A DNA stretch of 64,000 nucleotides from Laetmonice hystrix (taxonomy: Eukaryota): the NCBI GenBank assembly GCA_965235115.1, contig OZ249448.1, positions 23,684,001-23,748,000 on the forward strand, written 5' to 3'. Below the pieces are notes generated by a model, which worked only from the letters and a program-made list of their open reading frames with translations, did no database searches and was not told the origin of the DNA. The first letter of the stretch is position 1; every line of letters starts with the position of its first letter. Position numbers and translations under genes: made by a program. Positions 1-8,079 of this stretch are shown here, one piece after another.

Positions 1-1220
1 AAGTACAAACCGGCGAGGGCCACCGAAACGTTAACCACAGACCACTTTACTCAACTCGGGCATCGCAACTGCGACCTGTCCCGCCTACAAATGGACAAAG
101 GTCATATAAAAGGTCAACCTTTTGAGGATGAGATAAATTCTCCAGACTTCAATGTAGACTCGGAAGTCTTTTCGATTTAACATGTCTTGTCTTGTGCATG
201 CTCTCCCGAAGGTGACCTTGGAAGTGTAGGATCCGGAGGGAGAATGTGGAAGGGGTTCCACCCTCCTTTAAAATATGTTAATGCTATTTCTTTCTAGCCC
301 ATTAAATAAACAATTTGTATAAATAAATTCACTAAATTCGTTGTGCATCTTCGCACTTATCAACATTATCTCAAATGACCAGATCCCCATTAAAAGTATG
401 AACTTCTCCATTAAAATGAGTTTGGATATAGGGAAAACGGTAACATGCCATGACTTTTAACGCCACGGTCATCCTACTCCATTATCCTCGGATTCCAGAG
501 AGCTTAGCTCTCCAATCAGTTCATCATTGCTTCATATCATTACCCAAAGTATAACTATTACTTTGTTAGTGTTCATCAGGTCAACTAGTCTGTTAAACTC
601 AAAGAAAAAAGCAGCCAGAGCATTACAATGTTACCACCAAACTTTTGTTTAGTTAGGCTCGGTTTGTTATGTAAATGTAGTTTGTATACTAGCCCCCCAC
701 CTAGGTTTACCTCTGGGGAAGGTTAAACGCGATGCAGGGAATAAACCCTCGCTTACCTTGATAGGGAGTCTGCCGTGGTTCAGGATTAATTCGTGTTGAG
801 ACAGTTGTGTATTCTTACCTTAATGTCAGCCTTTCAAAGCCCGACCTAGCACCAACTTACTGCTGTCTTTTTTCGTGTAACAGATGTTCTTTCAAAACGC
901 CTTTATCTTTGTTTAAAAAATGTAGCGGTACCCTTCTTCATTTTATATCAGCCAAGACGGCTCCATATTCTCCGTGTCACTCTACAACTGACATTAGAGA
1001 AGGCAAATACATTGACCTTTCTGAAGTTAACTGAGTATTTTGACTTTGCAGACGTACAAGTCTGCCCTTTTCACTCTGTACACTGCGAGTATTCATCACT
1101 GCAGACAAAATTAAATCATTTGCTCTCATTATGTTAACAAAGTGTCTTACTGGTAGGTTATTGACTTTTATTTGAAATTCCCATATTTATGAAAAATGTC
1201 AAATGCCCACTAATTCGCAC

Positions 1221-1316
1221 ACTCATGGTATGATGGCGGGGCAGAGTTGGAAACTCATGGTATGAAGGCGGGGCAGAGTTGGAAACTCATGGTATGATGG
1301 CGGGGCAGAGTTGGAA
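1221..1316. repeat. 32-bp tandem repeat x3
   Basis: Unit actcatggtatgatggcggggcagagttggaa. Confidence 0.9.
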
Positions 1317-1364
1317 AGCCTCGTTAAGCCTGATAAACGCCCAGTGAGTATCCTAGGTGTGTGA

Positions 1365-1612
1365 TTTCTGATTGCAGCTACGTATTGAATGTGCCTTCTG
1401 ATTGCAGCTACGTATTGAGTTGCCTTCTGATTGCAGCTACGTATTGAATGTGCCTTCTGATTGCAGCTACGTATTGAATGTGCTTTCTGATTGCAGCTAC
1501 GTATTGAATGTGCCTTCTGATTGCAGCTACGTATTGAATGTGCTTTCTGATTGCAGCTACGTATTGAGTGTGCCTTCTGATTACAGCTACGTATTGAGTG
1601 TGCCTGATTGCA
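1365..1612. repeat. 30-bp minisatellite x~8
   Basis: Unit gtgccttctgattgcagctacgtattgaat; explains ORF 1402..1722. Confidence 0.92.
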
Positions 1613-3119
1613 GGTATTATTGTCTATGTACAGAGGAGGGACACATTCTCAATCACTCTGTATGTATTCTCACGCTATCAGCCACATGTATACACTCGTT
1701 GTATAGATCTTGCCTAGCGTAGGTGGTCTTCCCCGCGTACTCCAGTTTCCACCACCAGTAGAACTGACCACGAATAGACCCTGGCTGTAGGGGAAGCGTA
1801 AAATCTCAATCCATAACGGAATCCCCTCACTGTCCCTCAGCATAATCGATATTTCAGTACTTTGACATTTTTTGTGCAATCATTGATATGAGCAAAATAT
1901 GCTCGGCATTCAGTCCAATGTAGGCATCGAAAATCTCCGCTCCAAGTTCAATATAAATTAAGTAGTAAATCGAAGGTGCATTGTTTCAACTTGAACGACA
2001 AAATAAACACAGTGTAGACCTATCTATGTCTCTACTTTGAACCTTTACTATAAATTATATCGAACATAAGTGAACGATACGTAAATCGGTGAATATCTAC
2101 CACTACCGTGCAGCAATGAGCGCGTTTGGTGGTGCATGAGCGAACCCTGTCTCAGTTCAGCGATAAGAAACGCCTTTAGTTCCGATTCCTCCCACCAGGT
2201 GGCCTTGCTGCCGACCTTCTCGAAACGATCTGGCAAAAAGGCCAGAAAACCGTGACATGCATGCTTCCGTTTGGCGCTCAAAAGCTGTACAATGGGAACT
2301 TATCGTTCAACAAAAACAAAACAAAAAAGTCTAAAAAATATTCGATAAGATACTGCTTCAAAATATACACGTGAAATGTCAAGGACAATCATACTAAAAT
2401 ATGCTTAGGTCGTAAAATGTGCCTTACCCCCCCCCCCCCCCCGGAAAAAAGCCGTCATGTCGAAAAGGCTCACGGAAGAAAATGTAGTTGGACAAGTAGA
2501 GAAAGCGAGTTGGCGATGGTGGGACTCGCCACCGCTTGGTCACATCTATATGCGGTGAAAATTCGATGTCAAACCAATTTAGTCTTGGAATATTCACCAA
2601 TGGGAGAAATTATAGCATATTTTGGCCACTATGAAAAGTAGCATATATGCTTATATAGCGCCTTATCAGATTAAGTATATTAAACTCATCTAATGTTAGA
2701 TGTAAAAAAACCCGTGGCTTTAATTGTTATGTCGACACAGTGTGAGTTTATAGAGACAGAGTCACTGCACGAAGGTCAAATTTCCATATTAACTTTGTGA
2801 AAATTCCCCCCAATTCGGATGTTAAGAGAAATGGTATGGTGCAGAGGATGTTCACGCTCACCGCCCACCTCAAACGACTACACACTACCATCCCCCACAA
2901 ACGACATCCTCTCGGCTCCCAACGGCGCCACTAACCAGGAGTTTTAGAATAAATCAAACCACATTACTGCATCAAGAAAATTCTCTGGTCAAATCGGTTT
3001 TCCATTTTCCTTTTTTTCAAAGGCGGGGTACGTCCGAAGAGGAATCTCGATTTGGTGGTCAACGTTGGAAACAATAAGAGAAGGCACGTGTAACGTTACC
3101 GGTCACGGGGTCACCCTAC

Positions 3120-3229
3120 CTGTTGTACATAAGTATATCAGGGTTCCAGATCTCCTTAGAGGGGAGACGAATACTGTGAACACCCCCGTACTCTGATTCG
3201 TTCCAAGTCATCTTGTAGTCTGCCCACTC
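3120..3229 (-). CDS. nAChR subunit, exon 4 variant d
   Basis: ccttactgcag|GAG, 110 nt, donor AACAG|GTAGGG. Translates EWADYKMTWNESEYGGVHSIRLPSKEIWNPDILMYN(S). Confidence 0.93.
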
Positions 3230-3268
3230 CTGCAGTAAGGAATCACATGGGTCAGGACAGACGCCTAC

Positions 3269-3378
3269 CTGTTATACATAAGAATATCTGGGTTCCAGAT
3301 CATTTTCGACGGAAGTCGTATACTATGTATGTCTTCGTATTCCGACTCGTTCCAGCCCAGCTTGTAGTCCTTCCATTC
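3269..3378 (-). CDS. nAChR subunit, exon 4 variant c
   Basis: cttacttgcag|GAA, 110 nt, donor AACAG|GTAGGC. Translates EWKDYKLGWNESEYEDIHSIRLPSKMIWNPDILMYN(S). Confidence 0.92.
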
Positions 3379-3415
3379 CTGCAAGTAAGCATGTCTCAGT
3401 TTGGATCGAGCCTAC

Positions 3416-3525
3416 CTGTTGTACATGAGTATATCGGGTGTCCACACCAGTGTGGATGGCAGCCGTATACTATGCACGCCAGCGAACTCTGACTCGTCCC
3501 ATCCAAGTTTGTAGTCCTTCCATTC
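3416..3525 (-). CDS. nAChR subunit, exon 4 variant b
   Basis: cttggttgcag|GAA, 110 nt, donor AACAG|GTAGGC. Translates EWKDYKLGWDESEFAGVHSIRLPSTLVWTPDILMYN(S). Confidence 0.92.
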
Positions 3526-3575
3526 CTGCAACCAAGCACACGCACAGGGGGCTCAGTACACATCCCAACCCCTAC

Positions 3576-3685
3576 CTGTTGTACATAAGTATATCCGGTG
3601 TCCATACTAACGTCGAAGGCAGCCGAACGCTGCCTACGTCACCGTATTCCGTTTCGTTCCATTTCAACTTGTAATCCGTCCAGAT
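3576..3685 (-). CDS. nAChR subunit, exon 4 variant a
   Basis: Long pyrimidine tract ...gttttgtcgtttttag|ATC, 110 nt, phase 0 to 2, donor AACAG|GTAGGG. Translates IWTDYKLKWNETEYGDVGSVRLPSTLVWTPDILMYN(S), with the loop A WxPDxxxYN motif. Confidence 0.93.
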
Positions 3686-5116
3686 CTAAAAACGACAAAA
3701 CACGGTGAAACGGGCAGACGACAAAAGTAAAGCCCATTCGGCACTTTCCGTACGCCGACCTCCACACGCCCCGGGTCAATGGGACCCCCACTTCGGCTCT
3801 GGTTGAGAAGATACATTGTGTAAAGGGCTTATCAATTAAACTATGCGATTTCTGCTCATCTACATTGGCCAGCCGAGAGGCAAAACGAACTGAGAGCAAA
3901 GGAAGTATCTAGACATGGGTGGGCTCGTGTGGAACTCAGTGACGTCACATTAAACACCAGCATGGAGTCGATGGACTGAGAGCAAAACCTAATTTTGCCA
4001 CAGAATTAAAGTTGTCATAGATAAATGAGATCTGTGGGGTTAAATGTCAACCGACTAAAGGAATAAAGGAATTAGTCTACATATATAGCGAAAACATAGT
4101 ATGCCATGCACTGCAAAGAAACTACTGGAGATAAATGGTTAGCTTGGGCATGTATGTACTAGGTAGGGGTTGGGCGCAATGTTAACATTTGAAAACAATA
4201 GGCCTATTCATAATCATACAGTTATCAACAGTAATAAACTTTCAAATTCAGTAGGTCATGAAGAGGAAGTTAGACTTGATTCTGTCACAAAAATTGGCGA
4301 TCTCTTCTTCGCGATTTCTCTGTTACATTTTAAGTCTGCTGCACAGTAGGACAAGCTATGGTAAACACCTGTTTACGGGCACAAGTTTGGCGAAAAGCAA
4401 GCGAATCCGACTTTTAGTAAACAGGAAAAGTAACGTGGTGAGGACAAACCTTTTTGTGACAGTTCTCGTGGGCTTTAGAGTTTTACTGATACAAGACAAA
4501 TATTTTTCTCAATGATATATTTAAACGGTTTTCCTATTGATTTAGAGAGGAATGATTTGGCAGATTGCTGAGAATGTCAGGAGATCACAATACATAACCT
4601 GGTATCACATGTATCACATCATTTCATGTATGGCATTCGAGTGAAACTTTTGAGGATATCAGTTTTGTTCAGTCTTCAATGAGTTCAAATGGAATCTCGA
4701 CCACAAGCCCGATACAACTGACCCTGTATTAACCACACACAAAACACACAATATCAACGTTTTTCTTCCTGTTTCGTTGTAGTCCTGCCACAATGTGCTC
4801 ATGTAATCTATATAAATATGCAGTTGACCACACCCAAGCTGTTTTATTATAACGGTTAACAGACTACGTGGTGACAGAGAATACTAGATAGACTGTTAGA
4901 TGTTAGATGATAACACTTTGAGAGGTTCGAAGTGGTAAAACTGATACCGACAGTTAAATAAATAGACTGTTAGACGCATTCAGCATTATTATAATACCTT
5001 AACCATGTTAGACACAGATCGTTTTAGAAATTGTAACAGTGTACATTATGACGATCGATCTAATTCAACAATTTACTTTTCTTGGCCACTCACTAATAAT
5101 TCCTGCGTATACTCAC

Positions 5117-5161
5117 GTAGTTCAGCCACATGTTCGTATGCAGCATCTCGTTCTTTTCATC
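5117..5161 (-). CDS. nAChR subunit, exon 3 (45 nt, single copy; contains loop D Trp)
   Basis: catttccag|GATGAAAAGAACGAGATGCTGCATACGAACATGTGGCTGAACTAC|gtgagt translates to DEKNEMLHTNMWLNY. This is the canonical 45-nt phase 0-0 nAChR exon (DEKNQ..TN.WL). Confidence 0.95.
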
Positions 5162-6779
5162 CTGGAAATGCAAGGCAGGAATGCAACAGAATATAATTTA
5201 GTATATACCATGCCTAATAAAAATCAAAGTTTTGTTCACCTTTGATGAGGTGCTACCATGGAACGTGAAGAATATGTACATACAAGTCTCTCTATAATCG
5301 TTACCACTTCTTTTTAGTTTCTTTCATTGATGACATAGTCCTTCATGCGAATGGTTTCATTTGGAATATTGAAACGAAATAAACATGATTCACTAAAAGA
5401 GAAAATTTTAAATTTTAAGAAGCCTTAGGAATTAAAAAAAATAAGAGGGAAGTACCCACCCAAAATATGCATGTATATATAGAGATGCACATCTTACTTT
5501 TGCCATTAGTAATTTCAAACGTCTCACAATGATAGACATAAAATACGGTTCATCAACACTCGCATTTACTGCGCCTTTTAGATTTATGCAATATTTCAAA
5601 AGCTCCCTTCGGAAGTCTATCGTCGAAAAGTAAATAATCCTATCGCATACTTATATAGAATGAAAGAATTGATGAATTACTTCCACTCTGTCACAGAGAG
5701 GTTTAACGGTGGTGATTCCAATCGATAGTTTACACAGAAAATGAGAAGGGCACACTGAATGGCCTCAATACTCGCACACATGATACCAATCGTTTAGAAC
5801 AAACTGAAAGTCTCTCCTCTCTTTACACGACCATCCGAGTGGCATACATTATTCAGCTCTGTCATGTTCATTTGCTCTTTTACTTCAAAGGCCCCGCTGG
5901 CATTACATATACACTAGGATCACACAGAAAACAGCGCATATTTGTGGCCGAGGAATAATATCACCGACTCATCTCAGTCTACAAAATGGATTATTCGAAT
6001 TTAAGCGACAGCGACTGGGGCTGCCTCTAGTGGACACCGTGCCAAACACTGCCATGGCAGAATACGGATCGTCCCGGGACCTGAGGCCTTGGCAGAATGA
6101 ATGAATTATTCTCTTGGCGTTAATTGTGCTAAAACAAATGGTCGTACAATTGTCAAGATCCTAATTTCATTAAAGGCTGCCCATTGAGCGGCGATCATTC
6201 GCCGACATTGTCGTGAATTTTAATGAAATCCTTGTTGTTTTTATCCATGGCTGATCGTGAAAAGCGCCTTATTATTTTTGTTTGTTAAACATAACGCACT
6301 TTTATTCATGATGCTGAGGCGAATACTTAATACTGAACAGTTGCCCTTGGGAAAATTAGTAATATGGAATAACAACAATGAAATCAGTTGATTTTGTTGG
6401 ATTATACTTTCACAAATGTTGCATGACACACAGAATTCTTTGTATCGTTTACCATTATGATTGACTTCATTGTCACTATGAGTATCATAAAAAATTCAGG
6501 GTTAGCTTCGTGATTAATGGCACCACATTGTCGTTTTAACAAGGAATATTAAGCCTATCACTTTTTAAAAATCTCAAATATTCACTTGTAACCATTTATT
6601 TTCTATAAACTTATATACTCGTCAAGCTGATAGGTTTACGAATAAATAAAATCACTTCCACGATAAGAGATGGAAACGTTGTTGATGCGGCAATCAGTAC
6701 AAAAGGCAATAAGTAGTTAACACAAGAGAAGAGGGGGGTTGTTTAGGGGTGTCTGGCATACAGTTAGTAAGGCGCCTAC

Positions 6780-6925
6780 CACGTCAATGATTTGCTGAAG
6801 AGCGATACCAAATTTGACCTCAATGGAATCCATCTCCTTGGGAACGGGACGCGAGAGTCGGTTGTAGTTTCGTCTGCCGAATATGTCATTTATGAGTCTC
6901 TCCTCGTGCGGACCCTGCAGGCTCT
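6780..6925 (-). CDS. nAChR subunit, exon 2 variant b (partial CDS)
   Basis: Pyrimidine tract, CACTAAC/GACTAAT branch-like motifs, acceptor ttcacag|AG, 146 nt, phase 1 to 0, donor GTG|GTAGGC. Translates (E)SLQGPHEERLINDIFGRRNYNRLSRPVPKEMDSIEVKFGIALQQIIDV. Confidence 0.93.
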
Positions 6926-7499
6926 CTGTGAACCACCATATTAGTCGCGTTAGTGCCAGACAGAGAGAAAACACAGCAAGACGTCAAGACAATGCAGACG
7001 TTCACCACGCACACATCATCAAACACAAAACAAGGGTGGCAGGTCCAGCAGCATCAGCAGCAACCGGGCAGCGTGTTAGTGTGGCAACCACGCCCATCTG
7101 TTATCTGTAGAGAACGCGTAATCAGGTAAGCAAGAGGGATTAAGGGAGCCGCCGTTGTCTCCGAAGAGCGATTAGACAGTTTGCAGCAATTGCGACTGTC
7201 CCTCGCCTGTCACCTACGATTACCGCTAGGCAGTGCTCGAGGTCAATAGGCCGTGAAGACACTCGTGCACGCCAAAGGGCGAAGGTGGTTTTGTTTTTGG
7301 GGTCTTTCAATACATCTAAAGTCACCAACGTCCAGATATCGATAGAAAGACGGAACTGAATGTAATGGCGGGAGGGTCCGTCCAATGTACACGTATCGAC
7401 ATGTTTCCTTGTCTAATTTTTGGGTGATTCAGAACTTTTTGGTGATTGCAGTAGGATTTCGGATAGGGTAAAGTGCAGGGAGACAAAAGCGGCTTACCC

Positions 7500-7680
7500 T
7501 TAACGACCAACAATAGTTAAACGTTTATTAAGGTTGTTAACGATATTGTTAATTTACCTGGCCGTGAATGGAAGACCTTCGGTTAATGGGATCGTTATTA
7601 ATCAAAGACTTCTTGTTAACGTTAACGTTGTTGAAGTTAACGATATCGTTAACAACCAGACCGTAGTAAAACAGGCCCTG
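7500..7680. mobile_element. Remnant of a non-autonomous DNA element (Harbinger/MITE-like) with an internal inverted repeat, in the intron between exons 2a and 2b
   Basis: ggttgttaacgatattgttaa (~7532) is the reverse complement, with 1 mismatch, of ttaacgatatcgttaacaacc (~7637). It ends in a TIR-like acaggccctg; the partner TIR was not found. Confidence 0.4.
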
Positions 7681-7759
7681 GATGGGTAAATATATTAAAC
7701 AAACGGTAATGGGACAAGAATCTCTTGGCCTCGGTGATTCTTAAATAAGGTAAGGTGGC

Positions 7760-7812
7760 AATGGTATGGTCACAATGGTATGGGCAAAATGGTATGGGCA
7801 AAATGGTATGGT
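7760..7812. repeat. 14-bp tandem repeat x~4
   Basis: Unit aatggtatgggcaa. Confidence 0.8.
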
Positions 7813-7939
7813 TACAAGGTCGTGTGTTCCCCCACAGCCTCGCATGCTCTCGGGTGGCAATGGATAAATCTCGCGAACCGCGAGAGGGAGAAACCCAGAG
7901 TGTTTTGCTGCGTCATTGCACCGGAAGCCAACGTCTTAC

Positions 7940-8079
7940 CACGTCGATGATTTGCTGAAGGGAAATGCCGAAGTTAACCTCGACGGCGTCCGATTCCTTT
8001 TCTACTGGTCGTGCTAACTTATTGTAGCGACTGAAGATATCCTCTATAAGCCGTTCCTCGTGCTGTCCTGCTCGGGCGC
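7940..8079 (-). CDS. nAChR subunit (alpha7-like group), exon 2 variant a (partial CDS)
   Basis: Acceptor ...ttgcccacacag|GC, 140 nt, phase 1 to 0, donor GTG|GTAAGA. Translates (G)ARAGQHEERLIEDIFSRYNKLARPVEKESDAVEVNFGISLQQIIDV, the nAChR N-terminal helix to beta1 (compare Drosophila alpha6 GPHEKRLL...RPV.NESEPLEVKFGLTLQQIIDV). Confidence 0.93.

Noticed and set aside
1020-1100. Possible exon 5 after acceptor ttttgtctgcag|TGATGAA
   Set aside because: It reads S-D-E-Y-S-Q-C-T-E-stop, not ADExFD...PPG. Exon 5 is probably left of the window.
1670-1879. IEILRFPY resembling the Cys-loop IDITxFPFD
   Set aside because: There is no C-x13-C pair, no following GSW, and no splice sites.
3120-3685. Exon 4 copies as an assembly artefact or recent duplication
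   Set aside because: The copies differ at many synonymous and non-synonymous sites and have distinct introns.
3820-3865. DEQK-like second exon 3 in ORF 3639..3899
   Set aside because: It lacks the TNxWL motif, the acceptor is out of phase, and there is no 45-nt donor.
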